Origin: Halobacteriales archaeon
GTDB lineage: Archaea; Halobacteriota; Halobacteria; Halobacteriales; SKSH01
Direction of reading: 5' to 3'
Length of the DNA stretch: 64,000 bases
Assembly: GCA_007118145.1 (NCBI GenBank)
Contig: SKSD01000010.1
Location: 582-64,581 of the forward strand
Part shown: piece after piece, positions 1 to 9,768 of the stretch
Position numbering within the stretch: the stretch's first letter is position 1
Layout: every line of letters starts with the position of its first letter
The notes under the pieces: model-generated
What the model was told of the DNA's origin: nothing
The model's database searches: none
What the model saw: the letters and a program-made list of their open reading frames with translations, nothing else
Translations under genes and position numbers: made by a program

Positions 1-1
1 C

Positions 2-142
2 TGGGTACGTACCGAGCTTGGTGCACCAGAGGCACCCAAGAGCCCGGCTGAGGGTGCTGAGACGCCCATCTGGCTCGCGCGATTCACACCTGGGAGTCCA
101 GGTGGGACGTTCTGGCGTGATCTATCTCCGATCGACTGGTGA
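2..142 (+). CDS. 3' end of a short-chain dehydrogenase/reductase (carbonyl-reductase-like), truncated by the window edge
   Basis: Frame 2 reads WVRTELGAPEAPKSPAEGAETPIWLARFTPGSPGGTFWRDLSPIDW* (TGA 140-142), matching the typical SDR C-terminus PGWVRTxxG..P.EGA.TP.WLA..GxFWRD. Confidence 0.8.
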   Translation, partial: WVRTELGAPEAPKSPAEGAETPIWLARFTPGSPGGTFWRDLSPIDW

Positions 143-233
143 ATACTATGTACGTTACCTTCGGTGTAGATCCTACCCGTTCGGTCGGTGATGTTGCATA
201 GCCACACAGCTCAGCGATTGTGATAAGTGGAGA

Positions 234-502
234 GGCACAGAGACCAGCCGAACCCGGACTGGAGCCGTTTTCCCCACCTCCATTACGACCGTGCCGACGA
301 TAGTCGGGTTCCCACAGGCCGGTTACCCGGCGAGCGGTACTTGGTCTTTTCCTGCCCCCTCCGGAAGGGACAGCTCCGGGGTGGTGCGCTTCTCCTTCGG
401 ACCGTTCACCTTATGGTTTCAGTGAGCGACCCCAGATTGTCGCTTTTCGCAGTTGCGATCTTCGACAACCCGTCCAGTTGATCCGGTTGACCTCTGCGCA
501 CC
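234..502 (-). ncRNA. Putative stand-alone structured non-coding RNA (~270 nt), family not recognised
   Basis: On the minus strand 499-480 pairs with 235-254 (19 of 20 positions, 5 G-U pairs that would be A-C mismatches on +), followed by ACUGGA/UCCAGU. Internal hairpins at 435-470, 352-373, 318-331 (GUAA GNRA loop) and 294-307. TATA-like element ~25-27 nt upstream; no credible ORF. Confidence 0.72.
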
Positions 503-522
503 TTCGATGAGCGAGCGGCCAC

Positions 523-536
523 CTTATACTTATTCG
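523..536 (-). promoter_or_regulatory. BRE/TATA-like promoter of the putative ncRNA
   Basis: Minus strand reads CGAATAAGTATAAG, with TATAAG at 528-523, ~27 nt before the start of the terminal helix (canonical archaeal spacing). Confidence 0.55.
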
Positions 537-686
537 AGGGTTGGCAGACAGGTCACCTCGGTGATAGTGTGGGCATGCCTGACATGGTCAGGGTGGGGTG
601 GCTCGGTTGTACTACCTGAACGTCGCTCTACACCACCTCGAAGGCCACCGTTGTGAGCAACCCAATCCGAGTATATTACGTCGAAC

Positions 687-1913
687 TCACTCTCGACCGA
701 GGGCGATCACCGGGTCGACACTGGCAGCTCGCCAAGCTGGATAGACACCGGCGAGCGCACCGACGATGAGACCCATCCCGGTGGCGATGACGACCCACTC
801 AAGGGGATACACCATCGGCCATTCGAGTGCCATGACGCCGAGGGCTCCAATACCGAAACCGAGGAGGACACCCAGCAGTGCGCCGATCACCCCGAGGATG
901 ATCGACTCGACGAGGAACAACTGGATGATGTGGCGTCGGGTCGCTCCAACCGACTTCATGATACCGATCTCACGTGTCCGCTCGACCACACTCACGATCA
1001 TGATGTTCGCGATACCGATGGCACCGACGACCAGTGCGATACCGGCAATCCCGGCGATGAAGACGGTGATCTGATCGAGCAGGTCGGTGATCTGCTGGAC
1101 GAGATCATCGATCGTCTGGACGAGGATCGTGTCTCGGTCGGATTTGAGTGCGTTCGCATCCGAGTCTCCATGGAGATAGGCTCGCGCCATATCCTGTGCT
1201 GAGCGGAGTGTCTCCAGGCTGTCCGCACCGATCACGAGCATCGGGTAGGCTCGTTCGTTCGTCCCACGAGGTGTCTCGACGATCTGCTGGTAGTGTGGGT
1301 CAACCGGGACGTAGATCGTCGGTGGCTGATTCGGGATATCCTCGTCGATGATCCCTCGTACAGTCACCGTCGTGACGACGCCACCCTCCCTGGTGAACGA
1401 GATGGTATCACCCACCTCGACACCGTCGAAGCGATCGCTCACCTGCCGGTTGATCACCGCCTCGTTCGTCCCCATGTCGAACGCCTCACCGTCGAGGAAG
1501 GTGTCGAACGTGAATCCTGCTGGCGTCGTGGCCGATACACTCACCCCACCGGTCACCTGTTGGCCACCAACTCGTGTCTGCGTCACAGCTATCTGGCCGA
1601 GAGGTGCCACAAACGAGACATCCTCCATCGCCTCGATGGTCGCGATATCATGCTCGGTATAGATCGGCGTCATCGAGAAGATCAACCCGAAACCATCATC
1701 GAGTGGTGTCTGCGTCTGCACGAGTAACAGTGGTTGGTCCCCGTAGAGTTCATCGAAGTTGCCGAGGACGTTCTCCGAGAAGGCACCGCCGAGTACCATG
1801 AATGTGATGATCGCACCCACACCGATGATGACACCGAGTGTCGTCAATGTCGAGCGTAACTTATGCCCACGGATGGCTCGCCAGCTGAATGAGAACGTGT
1901 CGCGTGCTCTCAT
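687..1913 (-). CDS. ABC transporter permease, MacB/FtsX family
   Basis: [16 protein letters not shown]-terminal TM, extracellular domain, [25 protein letters not shown], and [13 protein letters not shown]-terminus. Confidence 0.93.
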   Translation of the reverse strand: MRARDTFSFSWRAIRGHKLRSTLTTLGVIIGVGAIITFMVLGGAFSENVLGNFDELYGDQPLLLVQTQTPLDDGFGLIFSMTPIYTEHDIATIEAMEDVSFVAPLGQIAVTQTRVGGQQVTGGVSVSATTPAGFTFDTFLDGEAFDMGTNEAVINRQVSDRFDGVEVGDTISFTREGGVVTTVTVRGIIDEDIPNQPPTIYVPVDPHYQQIVETPRGTNERAYPMLVIGADSLETLRSAQDMARAYLHGDSDANALKSDRDTILVQTIDDLVQQITDLLDQITVFIAGIAGIALVVGAIGIANIMIVSVVERTREIGIMKSVGATRRHIIQLFLVESIILGVIGALLGVLLGFGIGALGVMALEWPMVYPLEWVVIATGMGLIVGALAGVYPAWRAASVDPVIALGRE

Positions 1914-2611
1914 CGTCCAACCTCGCCGAGTGGCTCTATCTCGGTGATCCGTCCATCGACCATGTGGACGACCTGCTCTGCATATTCAGCGATATACCGC
2001 TCGTGCGTGACCAGCACGACAGACGTCCCCTCAACATGCAACTCGGTGAACAGCTCCATGATTGACGCACCGGTCTTGGTATCGAGGTTACCCGTGGGCT
2101 CGTCGGCGAGTAACAACCGTGGCTCGTTCACGAGTGCCCGTGCGATGGCGACACGCTGGCGCTGGCCACCTGAGAGTTCGTTCGGTAGGTGGTCGATCCG
2201 ATCACCAACACCGACGCGATCGAGCATCCGCTCAGCCCGTGCCCGTCGCCCGTCGGTCGGTGCCTCACCAAACAGGAGCGGGAGACTGACGTTCTCCCAG
2301 GCACGTAACCGTGGCATCAGATAAAACGCCTGGAAGACGAATCCGAGTTCGGTCGAGCGAAACATGGCACGCTCCCGCTCGGACATGTCACCGACGTCCC
2401 GACCGTGTATCGTCAACGTTCCCTCATCGATGGTATCGAGACAGCCGAGCATGTTCAACAGTGTACTCTTTCCCGAACCACTCGGTCCCATGACGGCCGT
2501 GAACGAACCTGCCGGGAGCTCGAGTGTGACACCGTCGAGCGCATGGACAGGTTCACCGACATAGTAGGTGCGACTGATCGAGTCTGCGATGACTGAATGT
2601 TCCGTACTCAT
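1910..2611 (-). CDS. ABC transporter ATP-binding protein (LolD/MacB-like)
   Basis: Walker [10 protein letters not shown], signature [15 protein letters not shown], Walker [13 protein letters not shown]; 4-nt overlap with the permease. Confidence 0.95.
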   Translation of the reverse strand: MSTEHSVIADSISRTYYVGEPVHALDGVTLELPAGSFTAVMGPSGSGKSTLLNMLGCLDTIDEGTLTIHGRDVGDMSERERAMFRSTELGFVFQAFYLMPRLRAWENVSLPLLFGEAPTDGRRARAERMLDRVGVGDRIDHLPNELSGGQRQRVAIARALVNEPRLLLADEPTGNLDTKTGASIMELFTELHVEGTSVVLVTHERYIAEYAEQVVHMVDGRITEIEPLGEVGR

Positions 2612-2831
2612 CAGTCCGACCCTTCCTGCAGCGGGCGGCGATGGTAGCCGACCACCGAGACGGTGACGGCTGTCATCCCGAGTGTCTCATACTGTCTGTT
2701 GTATCGAGATGTAAGCAACATATACACAGTAATTTGTCACATATCGCCATATACTGCTCAGTGATTCCCAACCCCGAATAATCCAGCAGAGATCGAGAGG
2801 GTAGGCACACACGGAGCTTCCAGTATCGGAC

Positions 2832-4361
2832 CTAGATGTCGAACGACGATCGTTCGTCTGCATCGAGGCGCTCGCCATGATCTCTCACCGCCTCGAACGA
2901 GATATCGATATCCTCGGGTGTCGTCCTGTGACTACAGATCGAGAACCGGATGACGGTCTTCCCATCGACGATCGTCGTGGTGATGTAGGCGAGACCGGTA
3001 AATCGCAGGTCATCAGCGATACGCTGGTTCAACCAGTCGGCATACGCATCGATCGCCTCGTGACGTTCTGGGTCGTCCAACCCCTGCTGGAGATCGGATG
3101 GGAGGTATCTGAAGGAGTAGATGAACAGGTTCGGGTCTTGTAGGACCTCGAAATCATCCGCCTCAACGACGCGGTCGTGCAGGTGTTCTGCACACAGACA
3201 CCCCTGTGATAGGAGCTTGCGATAGCCCTCAAGACCGCGGTCTTTGATGCTCATCCAGAGCTTCAACCCACGAAACGGCCGTGACATCTCAGGTCCGAGG
3301 AAGCCGAAGTTCGTCCCCTGATACTCCTCGCGCTCTGAGACGTCGAGATACGAGGCATGCATCGAGAAGGCTCGTGCCTGCACTGCTGGCTCTTTGAACA
3401 GCACACACCCACACCCATACGGTGTCGAGAGCCACTTGTGTGGGTCGAGCGTGACCGAATCCGCCCGGTCTATCCCCTCATACAGGTGTGCCTTGTCGGG
3501 TAAGATCGCCCCGACAGCGCCACAGGCACCGTCGGCATGCATCCAGAGGTCGAAGTCCTCGCAGATATCGGCAATCTCCTCGAGCGGGTCGATCGCAGAC
3601 ACGTTGATCGAGCCAACCTGAGCGACCACCGCGAACGGTGTATACCCAGCCTCGATATCCGATTCGATCATCGAGACGAGTGCGTCAGGATCCATACGAT
3701 AGTGCTCATCATCGGGGACCGAGCGGATGGCCGACGACCCGATACCGATCATCTCGGCGACACGCTCGACCGATGAGTGACCCTCGTGTGCAGACTCATA
3801 CAGCGTGAACCCCTCGGTATCGCCCAAACCGACCAGCCCCGCAGCCTGTGTCTCGAAGTCATTAGTCGCCTGTAAGGCGGCGAAGAGTGCCGAGTGATTC
3901 GCCATGGTACCACCACTGGTGAGGACACCACCGCAGTCAGTGGGATAACCGATCATCTCCGCCAGCCAGGTGATGCATTGGCGCTCGATCTCGGTGGCTG
4001 AGGGGCCACCGACCCAACCACCGGCGTTCATGTTGACCGATGCGGCGAGTGCACTTGCCAGTGCGCCGACAGGCGTCCCAGAGCCCATGACATAGCCATA
4101 CCACCGTGGTGAGCCCTCGTGGGCTGCATAGGGGTAGACACGTTCGTCCCATTCGTCGATCACCTGCATGAGGTCACTGCCGGTCTCGGGGAGTGGTTCC
4201 TCGAAGACTTTCTCAACAGCGGCGGGCGTTGCATCAGGGAGGACCGGTACCTCATCGATCTGCGCGAAATGCTCGGCCATCATATCGACCGCTCGATAGC
4301 CCGCCTCGCGAAACTCCTCTGGGGTGGGGTCGAGGGAGTCGAATATTCGCTCCTGTGTCAT
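2832..4361 (-). CDS. PLP-dependent group II amino-acid decarboxylase (aromatic/DDC-like)
   Basis: GGVLTSGGTMAN, WMHADGACG, DSVTLDPHKWL (PLP lysine), SRPFRGLKLW. Confidence 0.9.
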   Translation of the reverse strand: MTQERIFDSLDPTPEEFREAGYRAVDMMAEHFAQIDEVPVLPDATPAAVEKVFEEPLPETGSDLMQVIDEWDERVYPYAAHEGSPRWYGYVMGSGTPVGALASALAASVNMNAGGWVGGPSATEIERQCITWLAEMIGYPTDCGGVLTSGGTMANHSALFAALQATNDFETQAAGLVGLGDTEGFTLYESAHEGHSSVERVAEMIGIGSSAIRSVPDDEHYRMDPDALVSMIESDIEAGYTPFAVVAQVGSINVSAIDPLEEIADICEDFDLWMHADGACGAVGAILPDKAHLYEGIDRADSVTLDPHKWLSTPYGCGCVLFKEPAVQARAFSMHASYLDVSEREEYQGTNFGFLGPEMSRPFRGLKLWMSIKDRGLEGYRKLLSQGCLCAEHLHDRVVEADDFEVLQDPNLFIYSFRYLPSDLQQGLDDPERHEAIDAYADWLNQRIADDLRFTGLAYITTTIVDGKTVIRFSICSHRTTPEDIDISFEAVRDHGERLDADERSSFDI

Positions 4362-4707
4362 ACACCCACTGCGACCACGAGAGTGATATACTTACGTATC
4401 AAATAACCAATATATACGTTGCCCGATGCCCGTGGTGCGCACACCGGATTGCATAGCCAGATGAACTCTCCACTTGGCGATACCTGCCGTTTTGCTTATC
4501 TCAGCTATTCCCGCAGTAGATGGCTTGTATGCGGTTGTTGGCTATATCGATATGGTAAGCGATATGTTATCGCTGTATCACCTCAATCGTTACCGGCGAA
4601 CGTGGAACGTGAATCATATACCATATCCTATCAGTTTAGCAACACTCATACGGTGTGACCTTCACATCCACCCAGGGCAGAAGTCGTGGGCTTTCGCTCG
4701 TAGAATA

Positions 4708-6951
4708 TCAGTCACCAGAGCCCGATATGGTGAGCTCATCGACACGTTCGAGCGCCATCCGGGCCTGTGTCTCACTGAGATTCGACGGTGCAAAGGCAGC
4801 TGTCTCGAAGGCATCAGTCACCTCGGTGAGTTGACTGGATACCCCGTTGTCGCCCTGTCCCTCATAGAAGGCGAGGAATTCAGTATGTGTGAGCGATCGC
4901 GTCGATGCCTCTGCGGTCAAGGCATCTCGGGCGACTGCATACCCGAGCATCACACCCTCATCGGTCATCCCGTCCTCGATCAACTCCTCGGCATACGCAC
5001 GCAATGAGCGTGGATCTCGGTCAATACTGTGCGCGTCGATGACCTCCTCGACCGCCTCGAGGGAGCCATCGTCAGGGGTGGCTGGTGCAGGCTCCGAAAC
5101 ATCATGCCGACCCCCAGGGGCAACCATCGAGGCGAGGTAAGCCCGCCAGCCAAGCTGAGGTACCGCAGGCAGTCCAACAGCCACGTCCCCATCTCGATAC
5201 CACTGCAGCGCCAGCCAGCCGATGGCGAGCACGACCAAGACTATCAGCCCGAGGGCGACCCAGATGACCGCAGACTCGGTGCCGAACGTCTCTGCGAGAG
5301 AATCGATCCACTCCGAGATTGTCAACGGTATCGACCCGATGGTGGCGAGCACGCCCTCATCCTCACCGGTCAGCGTGGCCGGGATGTACAACCGTGTCTC
5401 GGCGAGAGCCGTGGCGAGGTTGGTCCCCTCACCATCGAAATATGCAGCGATGGTCTCCTCACCTGCGCTGACCTGGTCGGGGACGGCCACCGTCTCCTGG
5501 TAGTAACCGTCACCATCGGTCGTCGTCGAACCCGCACGGTGTCCAGCGACGAAGATATCTATCTCCTGTGCTGCGATCCCCGCTCCATCGTCAGTGGTGA
5601 GACGCCCTGAGACCGTGACGCCATCATCGTCCGCCTCTGCATCGATGCTCAACTCGGTATGCGTCATGCCCACCTCGAGGTGAGCGGTCTCGGTTACCCC
5701 CGCAAGCGCCTGCCCTGAAAACGGCAAGATCACCTCAATTTCGTGTAGCCCGGTCGGGACCTCCACACCGATAGACTGTGTTCCACTGAACGACCCATCA
5801 GCCGCAGACACCAGCTCCATCTCGAGTGGTGAGGCAGCTACCTCGAGGGGGACATCCCCGACGGGGATATCGTCGACGAGCAACTCTCCGGTAACCGTTA
5901 CTGACTCCCCGAAGTAGGCCGTCGTCGGCTCGATATCGATATTGGCCAACGTCGGCTCGACCTGCCCGATCTCGACACGTACGCTATCGTCACTCGGGAG
6001 GTGGTCCGTCTCAGGTGCGGGTCGATAGGTGGCCACCATGTCGGTCTGTCCGATCGGGTCGACCACCGGTCGGTAGGTGAACGAGAAGTTACCTGCCGCA
6101 TCTGTGGCTGTGGTGATGGTTCCCGAGGCGAGCTCGAGTTGAATCGTCTGAGAGGCAACCGGTTCACCGTCGGCCGTCTGGAGGTGACCGGTCGCCTCCA
6201 GAGGGTCGGTGAAGCTGATCACGGTATCGTCTGTCTCGATCGTGAGTACAGTCTCGGTCAGTTGAACCTCGGCGATCGTCGACGACCGCTCGATCACCTG
6301 GAGGATGAGCGCCTCGATCGTCTCGATACCCTCGCTTAAATCGGCATACCCGGCCTCGTCGATCAGCGCATACAGGTCGATCAGTGTCAGACCGGTTGCC
6401 TCGATGGCATCGGCGAGTTCGACCATCTCACGGGCTGCCTCGTTGGCCGCAGTCGCATCATCAGCTGCGAGGGCGTCCTCATAGCGCTGTTCGGCATCGT
6501 CAAATGCCTCGGATAGATCGGCCAGTCGCTCCTGTTCGTCGCGTGCGTCCTCGAACGCATCATCCGGTCCGTCACGGTCAGTATCGCGATTTACCTCGAC
6601 GTACTGACTGAAGCGCTGGAGGTACTCCTCTCCGAGCAGTGACCGTGCGAGTTCGTACTCCTCCTCAGAGATGGCGAACACACTCCCCTCGAGCTCGGCC
6701 GCAAGGAAGCCGCCCAACCATCCCTGTAACCCGTGGAGGTCGCCATCCTCGAGGTACTCATCGGGATGGCGATGTGGTGGTGTCTCGTTCTCATCGTTCG
6801 ATACCTCGAAGACGGCCTGCTCAGTCGTTCGTTCACCGGTGTCAGCACCTGCGATGGTGACCGTCGCCGCGGCTACACCGAGGGTGATGAGCACGATGGC
6901 GATGATGACGACCGAGCGGTGCACGCTCGTAAGATTGCCAAACAGTACCAA
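4708..6951 (-). CDS. Large membrane-anchored protein: signal peptide, acidic helical region, Ig-like beta repeats, TM helix, DUF4129-like C-terminus
   Basis: Hydrophobic N-terminus; repeated 'V.G.L.T.DG..I..Q.I' and 'TTD..G.F/Y' beta motifs; TM IWVALGLIVLVVLAIGWL; C-terminal 'SLTHTEF...FETAAFAP'. Confidence 0.75.
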   Translation of the reverse strand: MVLFGNLTSVHRSVVIIAIVLITLGVAAATVTIAGADTGERTTEQAVFEVSNDENETPPHRHPDEYLEDGDLHGLQGWLGGFLAAELEGSVFAISEEEYELARSLLGEEYLQRFSQYVEVNRDTDRDGPDDAFEDARDEQERLADLSEAFDDAEQRYEDALAADDATAANEAAREMVELADAIEATGLTLIDLYALIDEAGYADLSEGIETIEALILQVIERSSTIAEVQLTETVLTIETDDTVISFTDPLEATGHLQTADGEPVASQTIQLELASGTITTATDAAGNFSFTYRPVVDPIGQTDMVATYRPAPETDHLPSDDSVRVEIGQVEPTLANIDIEPTTAYFGESVTVTGELLVDDIPVGDVPLEVAASPLEMELVSAADGSFSGTQSIGVEVPTGLHEIEVILPFSGQALAGVTETAHLEVGMTHTELSIDAEADDDGVTVSGRLTTDDGAGIAAQEIDIFVAGHRAGSTTTDGDGYYQETVAVPDQVSAGEETIAAYFDGEGTNLATALAETRLYIPATLTGEDEGVLATIGSIPLTISEWIDSLAETFGTESAVIWVALGLIVLVVLAIGWLALQWYRDGDVAVGLPAVPQLGWRAYLASMVAPGGRHDVSEPAPATPDDGSLEAVEEVIDAHSIDRDPRSLRAYAEELIEDGMTDEGVMLGYAVARDALTAEASTRSLTHTEFLAFYEGQGDNGVSSQLTEVTDAFETAAFAPSNLSETQARMALERVDELTISGSGD

Positions 6952-7087
6952 AAACGTGTCCGTTACCTGCGAATTTGTGTGCGAGGTGCCTCACATATTT
7001 CGAGATATACGAAATGGTCACCAAGCTGTGCAACGATAGACCGCCTGGCACCAATGGAACAAGATTGTGAGTACCGAGAGGCGAACC

Positions 7088-7588
7088 TCACCGCTCAGCC
7101 GTGGCGACCGTGCCGTCGTCGTACATGTCCTTATGGATCACCTCGACCGTCGCGGGCAGTCCACCCTCGAAGGTGGCAATCACCTGATAGCCGTTATCGG
7201 TGATCACGTCCGTGCACATCTCATCTGGCTCTGAGGGATCCTCACTCTTGACCGTCACCGTGAAGGCGTCACCATCGAGGCTTGCCTCCTCGAGCTTCGG
7301 TCGGTGACAACCGTTGTTACCCGTCACACACCCGACCACCTCGACGGTATCGTCACCGAAGCTCACCTCGACATCGACGCAATCGTACTCGTTGAGTTCC
7401 GTATCGAGTAACGTTGGATCACCCTCAGGTGTCCCTTCATTGTCCGAGTCGTTGTCGTCGACACCTCCATCGCCACTGGCGAAGGGGTCGTCCTCAGGTT
7501 GAGCCTCATCCTCGATACAGCCTGCAAGGGCGATGACCCCGAGTGACCCAGTGGCACCGAGGGATCGAAGCACGTCTCGTCGTCTCAT
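7088..7588 (-). CDS. Tat-exported lipoprotein
   Basis: MRRRDVL twin-arginine motif, lipobox LAGC, acidic Cys-containing mature domain. Confidence 0.85.
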   Translation of the reverse strand: MRRRDVLRSLGATGSLGVIALAGCIEDEAQPEDDPFASGDGGVDDNDSDNEGTPEGDPTLLDTELNEYDCVDVEVSFGDDTVEVVGCVTGNNGCHRPKLEEASLDGDAFTVTVKSEDPSEPDEMCTDVITDNGYQVIATFEGGLPATVEVIHKDMYDDGTVATAER

Positions 7589-7906
7589 ATTGAGGTAGTA
7601 ATGGTCGCCCCCCTTTAGATACTCAGGATACTCACCTCGCTTTTCCGCGAGTTACACCGGATTCATCGTGATTCGACACTGCTTAATCAAAGCAGGCGGG
7701 ACGGTCACCCCTGGATACGCCGACCGGTAGCAGACGCTCAATCACGAATCGCGAGGTGCGCACCACAGGCGAACCGTGTCAACGCTGGCTAGGCAGGCCA
7801 CCAACTCATCTACGTTCATGGGTTGCTGCCTCGCGAAACAGGAGATGCACACTCTCGACTGTTGGTACGTGTGTAACAATACCAAGCGGAATCCTGGCCG
7901 GACGAC

Positions 7907-8008
7907 TCAGACCGTAACGGAGATCCCCCACGCCAGTGCGAGGAGGACGATGATCCCCATGCCAAGTACGATGTGGTTGGGGATGGGTGGTTCGTCAATC
8001 TGGTGCAT
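7907..8008 (-). CDS. Possible 33-aa single-TM small protein
   Basis: MHQIDEPPIPNHIVLGMGIIVLLALAWGISVTV*; below the ORF-track cut-off, one clean hydrophobic helix. Confidence 0.4.
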   Translation of the reverse strand: MHQIDEPPIPNHIVLGMGIIVLLALAWGISVTV

Positions 8009-8290
8009 CTTCAGTCACCGGACTGGTTCTCTCCGGGCTTCAACGTGGAGGTGATCCACGTGAATCTATTCTCATTCAACTCGTTCGGATCGATTGTATC
8101 AACCGGTGATTCTTCACGGTCACTCATGCCAATTGCACCATCACCAAGGTAGAGTATATAAATGGGCGATGATATCGCCCGATTTTCCCCGATTTTACGC
8201 GATTTTCAGGTAATCTTTCTTACTTATCGGCATTCTCAAGTCGTGCATACCGACCGGACCGGTTTTCAGCCAGAGGGTGACACTGAGGGT

Positions 8291-9121
8291 ATGAGCGACG
8301 ACAGGCACACCACCGGACAGGTCGAGGTGATGCTACTTGGGACGTATCACATGGCCAACCCAGGTCATGACCTTATCAATGTCGACGCCGACTCACCACT
8401 CGATCCAACCCGACAGACTCAGCTCGAAACCTGCACAGACCGACTAGCCGACTGGGAGCCTGACCGCATCGCAGTCGAATATCCACACGACAAACAGATA
8501 CCGCTTAACGACCTCTACGATCGATTCAACGCGGGTTCACTCAAACTGGATGGTTCGACGCCACTCCCCGACCCATTCGCTGACGGGTTCATCGAGAACG
8601 AGATCATCCAACTCGGATTCCGCCTGGCGATCCGTTGTGGACATACACACGTACTCGCCATCGATCACGAGGCACATACACCAGCATGGACTGATGATGG
8701 TGCCATCGCAACGATGCTGACCAGGTTACCAGCTCCAGACGATGTGCCGTATCATCTACCTGATCCGACCGAGATACAAGAGACACAACAGACGAATCTC
8801 GAGGAACACTCCATCGGCACCTTCATCGCATGGTGCAACACGACCGATCAGCTTCGGATCAATCATGACCTCATGTTCGCCAGCTGCTTCGAATCCGACG
8901 ACATCGACCCGGCCGTGGGTATGCTCACGAGATGGTACGAGCGCAACCTCCGCATGCTGTATACGACGCTCACAGAATCGAAGGAGGACGACCACCGCAT
9001 CCTGGTGATTGTCGGATCCGGACACGTGAGGGTCCTTGCACATCTCATCGAGGAGGCACCGAACGCCAGACTCGTCACGCCAGAGCCGTACCTCCCCGAC
9101 GTGTCGTCACGATCGCACTGA
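8291..9121 (+). CDS. DUF5694-like protein (TraB/Tiki-related fold suspected)
   Basis: VMLLGTYHMANPG.D..N, ENEIIQLGFRLA, WYERNLRM, ILVIVGSGH motifs; start moved to ATG 8291. Confidence 0.7.
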   Translation: MSDDRHTTGQVEVMLLGTYHMANPGHDLINVDADSPLDPTRQTQLETCTDRLADWEPDRIAVEYPHDKQIPLNDLYDRFNAGSLKLDGSTPLPDPFADGFIENEIIQLGFRLAIRCGHTHVLAIDHEAHTPAWTDDGAIATMLTRLPAPDDVPYHLPDPTEIQETQQTNLEEHSIGTFIAWCNTTDQLRINHDLMFASCFESDDIDPAVGMLTRWYERNLRMLYTTLTESKEDDHRILVIVGSGHVRVLAHLIEEAPNARLVTPEPYLPDVSSRSH

Positions 9122-9646
9122 TTATGCCGAAGGCTGCGCCATCTCTCCGTGCATCGCGGTGAGGATGAGGAACGCGATCGCAGCAGGCCCGAGCGAGATG
9201 AACAAGAGGGTGGCCATCCCAACCGGATGAGCGATCAGGAGGAAGAAGGTGTAGGTTCCGAGTGCACCGATGAGGATCGACCACATGGCGAATGATCCGA
9301 TGACACCGATGACTGCTATCATGAGGTGGCCGATGGTCACGAGTCGGTGATGCAAGAATCGAACCGGGTCGATGAAGCCCCATCGCCATCTGACGAGCAA
9401 CACCCCGGCGATGAATCCTAATAGGCCGGTGATGAACCCGGTACCGGCATCGATCAAGGTCGACAGCGTGATAAACACGACCACACCGAGGACGATCCCG
9501 ATGACGCCAGCGCGGAATGAGTAACGAAACGCGAGCAACACGGCCGAGAGAGCGAAGAAGACGAGTGTGGCGAAGATCGCCAGGAGGAACAGCCAGGTGG
9601 TGGCGACCACCTCACCGAGTGTAATGACTGTCTGTGTCACTATCAT
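9122..9646 (-). CDS. Hypothetical polytopic membrane protein
   Basis: 174 aa, about 5 hydrophobic segments. Confidence 0.7.
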   Translation of the reverse strand: MIVTQTVITLGEVVATTWLFLLAIFATLVFFALSAVLLAFRYSFRAGVIGIVLGVVVFITLSTLIDAGTGFITGLLGFIAGVLLVRWRWGFIDPVRFLHHRLVTIGHLMIAVIGVIGSFAMWSILIGALGTYTFFLLIAHPVGMATLLFISLGPAAIAFLILTAMHGEMAQPSA

Positions 9647-9768
9647 ACACTCAGCAGGTTGAGCGATGTATTGGCTGTATCGCCGATTCGATGCCGGTGT
9701 TCTCTATCCCTGAGAATTGTTGCGGTGATATTCCACACTCCCTGGCGAACGTGTTGACGAGGTAGCCC

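Noticed and set aside
234-502. Identification of the RNA as SRP RNA, RNase P RNA, tmRNA, group II intron (starts GUGCG) or glycine riboswitch (CCGAAGGAG...CAGG)
   Set aside because: No SRP CAGG-GGAA-AGCA helix 8, no RNase P CR-I/CR-V, no tRNA-like ends, no domain V, no UCUCAGG, and no co-directional downstream gene. Only a covariance-model search can close this fully.
227-656. ORFs 227..481 and 453..656 (+)
   Set aside because: Basic, non-acidic composition unlike this proteome, no motifs; the region is better explained by the minus-strand structured RNA and its promoter
4400-4700. ORFs 4419..4658 and 4474..5007 in an AT-richer spacer
   Set aside because: Atypical composition, partly antisense to a real gene; no repeat or clear structure seen
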